Shown in pieces: positions 25,890 through 37,916 of a stretch of 64,000 nt of DNA. The notes under the pieces are model-generated. The model saw only the letters and a program-made list of their open reading frames with translations. It was not told the origin of the DNA and did not search any database. The stretch comes from Blasia pusilla (lineage: Eukaryota). The translations under genes and the position numbers were made by a program. Numbering within the stretch: position 1 is the stretch's first letter; every line of letters starts with the position of its first letter. The DNA lies in contig CM114271.1 of NCBI GenBank assembly GCA_050084515.1, positions 12,400,001 to 12,464,000 of the forward strand. Reading direction: 5' to 3'.

Positions 25890-27764
25890 AGTCCGTATCA
25901 AAACACTGAAACAAAACGCTCATGAAATAGTCGTGACAACCACATGAGAGCAAGTGAGAGCTCAGCGCATATATCCTTTCGATCGACAGTCTCCATGCTG
26001 CCAATCTCGGTGTACCTCGCTGACGGAGATGAAAACCAGCAGAGATCCCACGAACGGGATCTCTGGTTAGGGAGCAGATGATACCGGAACTATGCATATT
26101 CAGGAACACTAACTGCTGACACTTTCTGGTCGAATCATTCGCTATGTTCCAGGAAACTAACTACTACCACTTTCTAGATGAATGATTTGCCTCCCAGCTA
26201 ACTAGTTCGAAAGTCACGAGACCTCCTCACCCGTGGGGCGCGGCTTTCTAACATTAACATTGGTTTTGGCATTTAATTGGGCCCCCGAAAAACGCCAAGA
26301 CAAAAGAGAAAGCTGTAGGAGATCTCTCTTTTCTCAACTAACGCCCAAAAAAGAGTTCTGCCTTCTGATGAAACTGACATCAGTTCTTCTGGTATAGAGC
26401 ATCGTAATTTTCGTCAGTGCATATCATGCCACACGGTCACAATCCATGTTCGAACTCCACCCCACCCCACCCTACGGTCCTACCGAGCATGCGATGACGA
26501 TATGTTCCACTGCAAACGGCTTTGATTTTCCACATTCTTCTCGAAACATAGGGGCGAGCAAACGAAGGTGACGCTCTTCCCTATGCAGGGACATCAAAAC
26601 GAATTTCACACGCTCCCTTCTACCTTCTTCACATTCATTTTCGCCAGCTGGGATGATTCGCCTTAGCTCTTTCCAGATTTGGGGAAGACGTTAAAGCGAG
26701 TTTTCATAACTATTTCACCCCAACAAGTCTTGATGAAACCCAAATAGAAATCCGCGACTTGTGTAACCACAATCTCCATTTTTTGTAAGGATGCACCTAC
26801 GAAGCTCCTAGCGCTAAGAAGAGAGTTATTCCCCTGAGGCAGTTGGACGGTTGGACCTCCCCTTGTCATCCGAAAATAGACCCCACCCACATTAGAGTTA
26901 CGGTGTCATATCCGACGTGTAGAGAATCCTACTAGAATGTTACATAAGTATCTTGGTGCCCATTCCTTGCAACGGATGGAAAAATTTAACGGCATGAAAT
27001 TTTGACAATGAAAGATAAAACTTCGGGTGGCTACTTCGAACAAATATTCCGTTGAAAACTTTTGAAAATTCTTTTTGGGTTTTTTGTGAAAATGGTTTGA
27101 ACCAGCGTTTTCGGGTTGCATATGGGATGAGAATACTTTACCCGTTAGCAATTTCTGTTTATATAGTTCTGATTAGAATTTTTTCCCCTGAAAAAAAGTT
27201 AATATGAGGAAATGCATACAACACCTATTTAGATGAAAGTGGTGAATTAGAATTAGATCTTTCATCGGTCTCACGACACCTTAAACTCCTAGTTTGAGAT
27301 AAGAACTTAACCTCATGGTTTGAAATGGAACTTAATTTATTTTAAGAGGGAAGACTTGCTATCTCCCCTCCTAAAATAATGTTTGAGTCGTGTAACTCTA
27401 CGACATTTACGGTCCCATACCCTAATGTTTAGGATAAGATAAAAGTGTGAACACGTTAACCACATATTAGAAGGAGAACTAGAGAATTCAAGGAGAAGTA
27501 TAAAGATCAAACCGGCTGGAAAGTACACATGTGGGAAGCAAGGAAGTACGTACTCATAAGTAGGTAGAGTGAAGAGATAAAATCAGAACTTAACATCAAA
27601 ACTAACTTGCACAAAATTAGGGGCCATAACCAAACGTAAGACCACATTTCCCAATGAGTAATAATATATTGAGGGAAATTTTTTAATATAAGATCATAAT
27701 TAAGATTAAAAGGATGTGGAGTCAATAAAATATTCTCCAAAATTGAGAAGGAATGGGGGCCAAA

Positions 27765-27935
27765 ATGGATTTGGAACTTAAGTTCCTAAAGTACACATTT
27801 ACAATGGGGGATGAAAATTGATTTGGAACTTAAGTTCCTAGAGTGCACCGTGAGGGCAAAAACTGATTTCGAACTTAAGCTCCAAGAGTACACTTGCACG
27901 TTTCAAAATTAATTTGGAACTTAAGTTCCAAGAAT
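27765..27935. repeat. Four copies of the palindromic GGAACTTAAGTTCC motif, ~45-52 bp apart
   Basis: Copies at ~27773, 27825, 27870, 27916. Confidence 0.8.
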
Positions 27936-28644
27936 ACAATGGGGACTTGAAGTCACTATATCACCTCCTCAAGGCCAATGTCTACTTCCACCACTTCAAA
28001 TAGTTTCTTCGTGTACTCTTCTAACTTTATACTATAAGATGCCCTATCAAACCTATGTCACACTTCAAAGTAAAATTAAATATTAATTATGTTCACTCGG
28101 ATTCATTCCGAGAGGAAACATATTATTAGAACCCTTAAACTACTTCATTCTTTGAATATGGAAGAGGTTTTGACATTCAAAAGAAGTTAGCACTATCCTC
28201 TTGACATATAATTGAATAATTTCCCTTCCTTAAATTTTCCTTCACTTTCTCATGTAATTACACTTCCTCTAAAAAAAGAAAGTCTTATTAGCTTCCTCCC
28301 CTCTTGAAACATAGTGAGACAGAAAAGAAGGCAATTTCATGTGGAAAATGGGGGCCGGCTCCTTTCAAACCAATGGATCGTTCCTCCCTTTGAATCCACT
28401 CTTCACCACATACTCACCTCTCCACGGGTTCTTGTCTCTTTTGAATCTTTTGTCCCCACACCAAAGAATTCCTTGAATTCTTTTATGAGTCCTTTTCACA
28501 ATAAGGAGAGGGAACTCTCTTCTCTGATCCACTTTTTGTAGTAGAGAATAACTTCGATAACATCAAAGTCACAATCCTTGCCTTCACGATCATAGCTTTT
28601 CACATCTGATTGAGATTTTCATGCACATATGTACAAATGACATC

Positions 28645-29306
28645 TCAATTTGAACTATAGATCAAGTCTAGAAATAAAAACTCGACCCAACTATGTATCT
28701 TAATAATAAGCATTCGGAACTATAGTTTTCAATGATACCATTGGCCTCTGTTGGGGCTACCTCACAATTGGAAATATAGATCGAGTTCCATAAATTAGAA
28801 TAAAACCCAACTACCTAAAGGATGAACATTCAAAACTCTAGTTCCAAATGATATTGTTGGCATCTCTCAAGACTACCTCATAATCTCAAAAATTCCAGTT
28901 CTAGAGCTCAACTTTCTAAATAATTAGTATTCATAACTCTAGTTTCGAATCACATCGTTGGCCTGTATCTGGAATACATCACAATCAAAACTATAGATCC
29001 CGTTCCAAAAATAAGAATTGAACCCATCTACCTAAACGATCAGCATTCAGAACTGTAAGTCCAAATGATACCGCTAGCCTCCGTAAGGACTAACTCACAA
29101 TTCGAACTAAAGATTAAGTTCAAAAAATGAGAATTTAACCCAACTATCTAAACGATGACTATTTGGACCTCTAGTTCCAAATGATTTCCGTGGCCTCTCT
29201 TTGGACGACCTCGCAAACGAAACTATAGATCTAGTTCTAGAAATGAAGATTGAACCCAACTTTCTAAAAAAATGAGCATTCAAAACTTAATCCAATTCCA
29301 AATCAC
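28645..29306. repeat. ~116-bp satellite, segment 1
   Basis: Units GGAACTATAGAT..GAACCCAACT..GATGAGCATT..GTTGGCCTC; anchors at 29021, 29137, 29253. Confidence 0.85.
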
Positions 29307-30115
29307 TGTCATGCGCATACATATCAATACACAACGTACATCGCTCGTCACATCTACACCACACAACACCGATCTTCCCCACACACGGGTCGATCCACAC
29401 ATGTACAAAAATCAACTCATACATATACATGGAGATCACACAACAAAAATAAAGAGTAGTAAAAACGGCACACCCGGCCTAAAACTCCACTCCTCAATCT
29501 ACATCGGCATATCTAGCCTCGTCCACCATGTGCTATCAAGGAATCCGGACGCTAGCACCCTAGTCCTAGCTCACACACATACAAGGGAGGTGCTCCAACG
29601 GCCCAACATGAGAAAGATGGCTTAGGAAAGCCATCTTCCTCTCTTATATAGGTTGGGAAGAGCCAAAAGGCTCTTCCCCTAAAAATAGCCCTTCCCTTGG
29701 TAACCTGCGTGCACAGGTTACCAGGGGCGGGTGACCTGGTCAACAAGTCATCCGGATGTACAAGACCTCAACATGAAAGTCGTCAGAAACGACGTTCCTG
29801 ACACAATAGACATATCCTCAACCTCATCCGACACTGTGGGACAAAGTTACACTCAAGATAGTCGGCTGGCTCCTACGCCCTATCCACGATAGATCTCGGC
29901 CTATCGGCTACTCAGATATGACAGCTGTCGTGCGCATACATCGCTCGTCACATCTACACCACACAACACCAATCTTCCCCACACACGGGTCGATCCACAC
30001 ATGTACAAAAATCAACTCATACATATACATGGAGATCACACAACCGCCTCCCTAGCTGGCAGTTGGATCCCCCTAACTCCAGATAGAAAATATCACATAT
30101 CTCTGACATGACCTA

Positions 30116-31450
30116 CTACCCTATACACATCTCGGACACATCTGCAGATCCGCACAACATACACCTCAAGCCTGCAGGTACCACTGCCAAGCTCGGATCC
30201 ACCGTCCCATCTACGTTCGGAAGATGACATGGCGCACAATTGCGCACATGATCCTTCCAAACCATACCATCCCGTCCCTCCAACATGAGGACTCCGGTCG
30301 GTAATACCTCGCGCACACATAGGATCGTGCGCCCTGTAGTGACATCTAGCGTCGTGGGTGCCGCCTGCTATAAATACACGTAATCTCCAGGATGAAACCT
30401 CCTAATCCCTGGACGATAACCTCCTCCACGAATGGTCGCGTACCTCAATGTATCTCTATGTTGGGCAATAGCTAAGTTCTCAAAGGCCATAGGCATAACT
30501 CTACGAAAAACTTCTGCCCTCTGAGAACATGCTTGAACCCACACCTCTGGATCATCAAGATCTAACACCTCCGCCATGTCACGTCGAATCGCTGCAGGTA
30601 AATCAGGCTCTCTCCCAAAGAGCAAAAAGTACGGTGAAAATGACGCCAAGGATGCCTGCCGACTAAAGCGATAACTCATAGCCAACCATGGCAATTGTAG
30701 GTCCCACTCCCTCAACTGTCCCCGCTGCAAGCCATACTTGCGCAATCCTCTCTTCACCGTCTGTACCACTCTCTCTGCCAACCCATCCGCCTGAGGATGA
30801 TCCCTGGACGTGGTGCGGTGATCTATCAACACCTGATCACACAAGGCCTGAAACTCTCCCCTGAACTCGGTACCCTGGTCAGTCAACACCTCCGCCGGTG
30901 CACCAAAGTGACTAAGCACACGATCTAGAAACGCATAAGTTCTTCCCTCGCTCGCCTTGTCTGGTAGTGCCACCAACTCTATCCACTTGGAGAAATGCTC
31001 CACCATGACCGACACGTACCTATGATGACGCACTGTCAATGGCAAAGGTCCCGCAAAGTCTAAACTCCACCGATAACCTAAACCCATAATCGACAAAGGA
31101 TGTAAGTGCGGAGTGGGAGCATTGAAGGATGCTCGCACTCTGTCACATACCATACATCTGGCCACAAACTACTGTACCCCAGTATGCATGCCGCGCCACC
31201 AATACTGAACCTGGAGTAAAATTTGTAAATGCACGCTTTACTCCGAAATGTCCCAACTCCTTATGGGCATGTCGCACTACACGTGCTCGCTGGGAAGGAT
31301 GAGGTACCACTCGTATCCTACCATCTCCCCATACCCACAAAATGTGAGTCCCCTCCCACCTGAACCTCTTGGCTCTCTGTAGGATCCGATCCCGCTCCCT
31401 AGCACTCACTGTAATTGCAATGACGTCAGTGCGCAAGAACTCCACAACCT
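30116..31450 (-). pseudogene. Integrase, with a PHD truncated after CMLC
   Basis: HAHKELGHFG, CMVC, WSLDFAGP, LTDQGTEF, ADGLAER; LRCMLCGSA then a deletion. Confidence 0.9.
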
Positions 31451-31619
31451 CCACGTCGTCATGGATATCACGACCACCTGTCGCCTCCTCACTAACCTCC
31501 GGATCCAAAGACTCATCATCCAATCCCACCACTAGAGTCATCACCTGTGGCTGACCTGCCATAGTTAACCAACAAAGATAGGCAGATGCATGCCAACCGG
31601 GCACCATCTCCTCATCACT

Positions 31620-32842
31620 CTCTCCGTGCCATCAAGCTCCCGTGACGTCTCTCTGACTCGGCTCAACCCATCCGCATCCTGGTTCAGCCGACCTGGCCTA
31701 TGAACCACCTCGAACTCATACTCTTGTAGTAATAGAGCCCACCTGGCAAGCTTTCCCGTAAGCTTGTCGGACTCCATCAACCACCTCAACGGCTGATGAT
31801 CAGTGATAAGTGTGAAAGGGTTGCCGAAAAAATAGCACCTTAAATGTGCCACGGCCCACACTGCAGCCAAGCACTCTCCCTCGTAGGAGTTGTACTTCGC
31901 CTCTGCAATGTTGTTCGATCGGCTTGCGTAAGCCACAACGAACTCCCTCTCCTCATCATCCCTCTGAGTAAGCACTGCTCCTAGACCCAACATGCTCTTA
32001 TCCGTATGTAACTGGAATGGGCGACCCCTAAACGGTCTCTGTAAAATGGGTGAGGACGTCAACCTGTCCTTGAGCTCCAGAAATGCTCGCTCTTGATCAT
32101 CTCCCCACAACCACACCTGATCAAGTCTCGTCAACAAGGTCAAAGACTTTGCGATCGCACTAAAACCCTTGACATACCGTCGATAGAAGTTTGCCAGTCC
32201 AAGAAATGCTCGGACTCGACTCACATCTGTATTTGGATTGAAGAGCTCCGCAGGCGCGTTCTTCAATCCAAATGGTAAGAACCGCCACTGATACAAGCAA
32301 TCTCTCCCGAACCGATCTATCCCCCAGAATGATGTCTTCTCTCCTGCCCTCCAACCTGATAGGGAAGCGATGATAGCCAAAGACGGAGATCTAAAGTACT
32401 GAAGATCTTTGCATGCCCTACCGCATCAAAGATATCCTCAGGAGTAGGCATGGCATACCGATCTGACCTCGTCTGTCGGTTGATAGGACGGTAATCTCCA
32501 CACATCCGCCTATCCGTCCAATTGCCAAACATATCCTTCTTCGCCGGCATGACTGTGGCATATGCATACTCCCCACGTGATAACTCCACAAGTCCTGCCT
32601 CCAACAAGTCCTGACTCCTACTTTGAATCAAGGCTCGCTCCATATCAGAATACCTGTAGCTAGGGTCGACGAAAGATTGGCGTATCACTAGCCAACTCAA
32701 TCCGTATCCCGGGACCCTTTAGCGTACCCAAGTCTATCATACTGAAGGCAAAACAACTGACATGCCCTCTCAAAAACCTATGAACTCGCCGTCGCTCTCC
32801 TCCTATCAACTTGAGACCTATCACAGGCTCCCAAGTCTCCAT
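31620..32842 (-). pseudogene. RT (YxDD segment deleted) and RNase H
   Basis: RRMCGDYRPIN, FSTLDLR; LPFGLKNAPAE joined directly to RVRAFLGLANFYRR; FQLHTD. Confidence 0.9.
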
Positions 32843-33129
32843 CGTGACCTCACTCGGAGAGGACGCAACCTCCGGCTTTGGTTGCTATGTAGCAACCCTA
32901 GCCACCTCCGCAACAGCCACTCCACTCTGACCTCCTACACCATGCTCCACATCCAAAAAATGAATATGTCCTACTCTAGCCGCCTTCGCACTCTCTGCTT
33001 GAACAACGTCCCAGGAAGTCCATGGGTGCCTATCTCTCCTCGTCTCGCCCCCAGCCAATGCCTGTACAGACCCTGTAGGCAGTGGTCCAACTCGTGGACG
33101 TGACGGCATGGATGACACTCGCATCCGTC

Positions 33130-34060
33130 TCTGCTCAGCCATACCTAGGCTGACTATCCATGTGAGACAGTTGAGGTCCATCGCCTGCCCCAACACCTGT
33201 CTCCGTGATGCCTCAGTCATCCCTAGCACCGCCGTAGTACCGGAAGTGAACCCCATGGCGCGCTTGCGCTCATCTGCTGTAGGCTCCTCCAATACTCCGG
33301 TCACCTCATCCCAAATCATGCCTAGCCCTCCCTGACGAAAGGCATGGGATGCTGGGAAGCTCACCAACGTAGGTAAGGCTGCCCTCAACTCCCCCACCCT
33401 ATTGGCCGTGGCCAACGGTGGTCTATCATCGCGTGTCACCACCTGAGATTGAGGCCCTGAGTCCAAAATAGCATCCACTGTGAGATGTGGTGCTCTTTGG
33501 ACTCCACTGTAGGCTCGACTCAGTACCTGATGGTATCAGGTTCGTCCACCACAGTCGTGGACGATGGGCACGTGACCCAACTCTCGCTGCATCAAACAAC
33601 ACAGCAGGTCCCAACCAGGACCTCACCTGATGTACACTTGTCATCACACGTGCACGAGTATCTCCCAACAACGACTCTCCTGCAAGTGTTGTACTACTCG
33701 CAGCATCTCCCAAAACATCCCTGACCTCGGATCCTGCAATCCAAATCCTCGGCCAGCTGATGAATGACCCTGACATGGCCATCCAGCAATCACCAAATGA
33801 ATGGTGCCAACTCTATCCACATCCTGCGCCCCCACCAAAGATATGTCGACGGGTAGCGTATGCTGGTATCCCCGTACTGCAGATACCGACAACAACTCAG
33901 GATACCTCTGGACCAATCTCGCCACATGACGTAATGATACTCCCCGCGCGGTCTCATCTCTCTCCACATAAAGGTACTGACGCACCCGCATGCCCGCTTG
34001 CAATACTGCAGCCAATCCGGTGTTAATCCCTCCGAAGAGATCTAACACCCTAACACCCTC
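33130..34060 (-). pseudogene. DNMT3-like C5 methyltransferase domain
   Basis: VRVLDLFGGINTG, YVERD, LVIAGWPCQG (catalytic PC intact), AHRPRLWWTNL, ERKRAMGF, RRQVLGQAMD; the ENV segment is deleted. Confidence 0.9.
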
Positions 34061-34489
34061 CTCTGGGCATTGCCACACAACAAGTGTGGTATCTAGTGGG
34101 GTCATCGTCTCCACTCCAAAAGCCCGATCGCCACGTGACTATCGCTGCTCTCGGATAAAAACATGACTCCACGCCTGCCTCACAAGGTCGTCGGCACTCC
34201 TCTGTAGCTCTCAAGTCGTACCCCATAATGGTGAAGAGACATCGCTAACATGGGAAGAGACACCCGCCATGGCCTGTCTCTCCGTGGGACTATCCGCTAC
34301 TGGGACATCCTCCGCATGTGCGTTCCCCTCCAACAACTCTCCTGGCCAGCTAACACTACCTGTGAAAGCCACCAACGTGGTCACAGACTCGCCTCGTGAT
34401 CGACCACCTCGTCCCGCAAACTGCACGGGTAACTGACTCATCTGACCGTGGCCTAACCGCCATCTTGGCCGATAAGCAACGGTCTCCTC

Positions 34490-35294
34490 CTAGAAGTCAA
34501 GGATGAATCCTAGGGGATATAACACTGTACTCCCAATCAACACATCGTACGACTCAGCTGGTGTCGTAATCACACGTGTGCGCACCATAGCACTATCTGT
34601 CGCATGCTTTGGCTGGACTCTGACAACAATCTCCTGTCGAGTCATATACTGAGTGGGTGATACGCCCCCAATCGAGGTCTGTATTTGGAAGGGACAAGGC
34701 TCAATGTCGGCCTTCTGTAACCCCAATGCTAAACACGCCGCCTTCCCTAATATCAAGGGTTGCGCTCCTGAATCAAGTAGGACGCGCTGCGGGTGGTATA
34801 CTGTCCCCGTCGGACTAACCAAGTGAAATACTCCAGCTCGGTTATCCAGTAACACTACTCCAGGTGTCACCACTGCTCGCTCTATGGCCGGTCGAGCTGG
34901 CATATCTACCAACTTTGTCGCCGCCGCATGCCATGACTTTGTGGGGAACGTCCCAAGCACCGGGTCTGAGGGCAAGTCCACCACCTCCTCAACTAAACTC
35001 TTGGATGAAATCATCTAAGTCGATGGTGCCCACTGCACCCGAGAAATGACGCATGCCCCGATGGCCCATGTCGTCCATCTCCTGCCAAGTACTACTGTCT
35101 CTGTCGGTGATCTCGTCACCAGACCCAGTGTCCACTGATGACGATCCAGTCACGGAGGGATGTCGAGGGAGCTCCTCACTGGTAACCCCTCGGTATCTCA
35201 CTCCACTCCGTGTCACACCACTACCACTACTCACACTACCCCGTTCTTCTGAACCCTGGAAGAACGCCGTGATGACAAACCCTGTCTCACCCAC
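34490..35294 (-). pseudogene. gag N-terminus fused by deletion to the protease
   Basis: DFIQEF (~35000) joined to EEVVDLP; VLLDSGAQ, YDVLIG. Confidence 0.8.
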
Positions 35295-36442
35295 TCAAGC
35301 ACTCAGACTCACCGAGAGTCTCCCACACGCCTCACTAGCTCACCTATGCTAACGTCAATCCCGTGATGACATACCCGGCCTCACGCACGCTCAACACTCG
35401 GGCTCACCATGAGCCTCCCAACTGACTCATCTAACCTAGCAACACTCTCTCGGGTCATACACGCGACCCCTACTTGGCAACCGCCGTATATCCACCAACA
35501 TGCTACACATGAAAAGAATCTACACTTGTCACCATCACTGCACCCATCTAGCACCAGCTACTACCCGATACCCAACACTCTCAATCACACACGACAAGTG
35601 CGGGAAAAGGGACTCGAATGGGTAACCTGATCACGCCCTCCAACCTGCTGCACCGTCAATAATCACTCCTCCACATGATATGACAATCTCTGCAACATAA
35701 CACTCCCCTCGACCAATACGTCGATCCTCCCGTCAACAGATGCGGACAATCCGTCGGCATCATGCACACTGCCCCTCCATCGTAAACTCTCGCAACCCTG
35801 TCGCACCCCAAAACATCATGTCGCGCAGACCCCTCTGTCTATCCCCATGCGCGGCATGTAACGTGACTCACCCTGGTCGGCTCCCACTCATGTCCAGAAA
35901 ATCTCAACTCACGTTCGCCCGACTAACCTCGTCTGTCTTGCCAACCACGTATGCGACAACTGTTCGACCAACTATGGTCGGTGCTACCACGTTGGAGAGG
36001 GGGGGTGAACTTGGGCCCGCGGCCCTTTGCGGGCCCTTGGGCCCTAAATGCCTGGCCCGCACCCCTATGGGCCTCCCCAACGTTTGGGGAGAGAAATTAT
36101 GAGGGGGGAGGGGCGCGCCGTCCGTCGCCCCTCGGCCCTCGCCGCCGCGCCCTAACCCTAGACCGGCCGTTTTACTTGACACAACTGGCGGCTGCAAGCT
36201 CTAACTCTTCTCTCTCTCGACACCCTCACTTGCGTACACCCGACGCCCCACCACACACTACACTCGGCTGCTGTCCCCCATCAATCCGCACCAGCAAAAT
36301 CTGAGAAAAATGGACAGCGCTTCCGCCCACGGCCTTCCGAGCAGAAAAATGACACAAAACGTCACACACACGACTTCAGGGGCTCCCGACCAAGGCAACT
36401 CGCTTGCCTACCTGCAAACAACAAATTCCCACCAGCCCCTGA

Positions 36443-36662
36443 CATCTTTCTCATGTAAAAATAAAGAGTAGTAAAAATGGCACGCCCGGCCTAAAACTCC
36501 ACTCCTCAATCTACATCGGCATATCGAGCCTCGTCCACGCTCTGCTATCAAGGAATCCGGACGCTAGCACCCTAGTCCTAGCTCACACACATACAAGGGA
36601 GGTGCTCCAACGGCCCAACATGAGAAAGATGGCTTAGGAAAGCCATCTTCCTCTCTTATATA
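36443..36662 (-). promoter_or_regulatory. TATA box, predicted TSS and self-priming PBS
   Basis: TATATAA at 36662-36656; 31 nt downstream is CATCTTTCTCATGT (36631-36618), complementary to ACATGAGAAAGATG (36456-36443), which abuts A1. Confidence 0.65.
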
Positions 36663-36935
36663 GGTTGGGAAGAGCCAAAAGGCTCTTCCCCTAAAAATAG
36701 CCCTTCCCTTGATAACCTACGCGCACAGGTTACCAGGGGCGGGTGACCTGGTCAACAAGTCACCCGGCTGTAAAAGACCTCAACATGAAAGTCGTCAGAA
36801 ACGACGTTCCTCACACAATGGACCTATCCTCAACCTCATCCGACATTGTGGGACAAAGTTACACTCAAGATAGTCCGATGGCTCCTATGCCCTATCCACG
36901 ATAGATCTCGGCCAATCGGCTACTCAGATGTGACA

Positions 36936-37916
36936 TCTCGTGGTTGGTCTCAATGGGGGCTGCGTCACAATTGGAACTATAGATTGGGTTCCAAGAATAA
37001 GAACTGACCCCAAGTATCTAAATGATGAGCATTCAGAACTATAATTCTTAATTACATTTCTTGCCTCAATCAAGGTCACCTTTGAATCCGAACTATAGTT
37101 CTAGTTCCAAAAATGAGAATTGACCCATCCGAGAACTTTCAAATTCAAGACTCGGGTTGCAAATGATATTGTTGGCCTTTGTCAAAATTCCCTCACAATC
37201 AAAACTATACATCCAGTTCCACGAATAAAAACTCGATCCGACTACCTTAATGATGAGCATTTGGAACTATAGTTTCCAATGATATCGTTGGCCTCTACTA
37301 GGGCTACCTCAAAATTGGAACTATAGATTGAGCTCTAGAATTTAGAATTGAACCCAACTACCTAAATGATGAGCATTAAGAACTCTAGTTCTGAATGACA
37401 TTGTTGGCTCTTGGGACTACCTAAGAATGGAAACTATAGATCCAGTTCTAGAAATGAGAAATGACCCAAACTTTCTAAACGATGAACATTCAAACCTCTA
37501 CTTTAAAACGACATCACTTGCCTCAACCAAGACTACCGGAACTATAGATTAAGTTTCACAAATGAGAACTGAACCCTACTATCTAAGCAATGAGCATTCG
37601 GATTTCTAGTTCCGAATGATATTGTTGGCCTCTGTTGGGACTGTCTTTCAATCAAAAATATAATTCCACTTCCAAAAATAAGAATTGAATCCAACTTTCT
37701 AAATAATGTGCAATCAAAATTCTACTTTGAATAACATTGTTGGCCTCTTTCTGGACCACATCATAATCAGAACAATAGATATAGTTCTAGAAATGAGAAT
37801 TGAATCAACCTACCTAAACGATGAGCATTGGGAACTCTATTTCTGAGTGACATCCCTACCGTCTATCAAGACTACATCAGAATTGAAACTATATATATTT
37901 ATATCGAATTCCAAAA
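36936..37916. repeat. ~116-bp satellite, segment 2
   Basis: Resumes in phase with the unit interrupted at 29306. Confidence 0.85.

Larger units (their letters stand above)
29307..36935 (-). mobile_element. DNMT3 Ty3/Gypsy element, family II, with split direct repeats (A-core-B-A-B); internally deleted
   Basis: TGTCA..TGACA ends; flanks TCAC/TCTC inside the satellite; A1 36457-36935, B1 29926-30044, A2 29445-29923, B2 29307-29444. Confidence 0.9.

Noticed and set aside
20700-26800. Host protein-coding gene
   Set aside because: Only short ORFs with no recognisable domain; an isolated GTAAGT at 21961 is insufficient
28645-29306. CRISPR-like array (palindromic repeats with regular spacing)
   Set aside because: Whole units are homologous, there are no unique spacers or cas genes, and the context is eukaryotic
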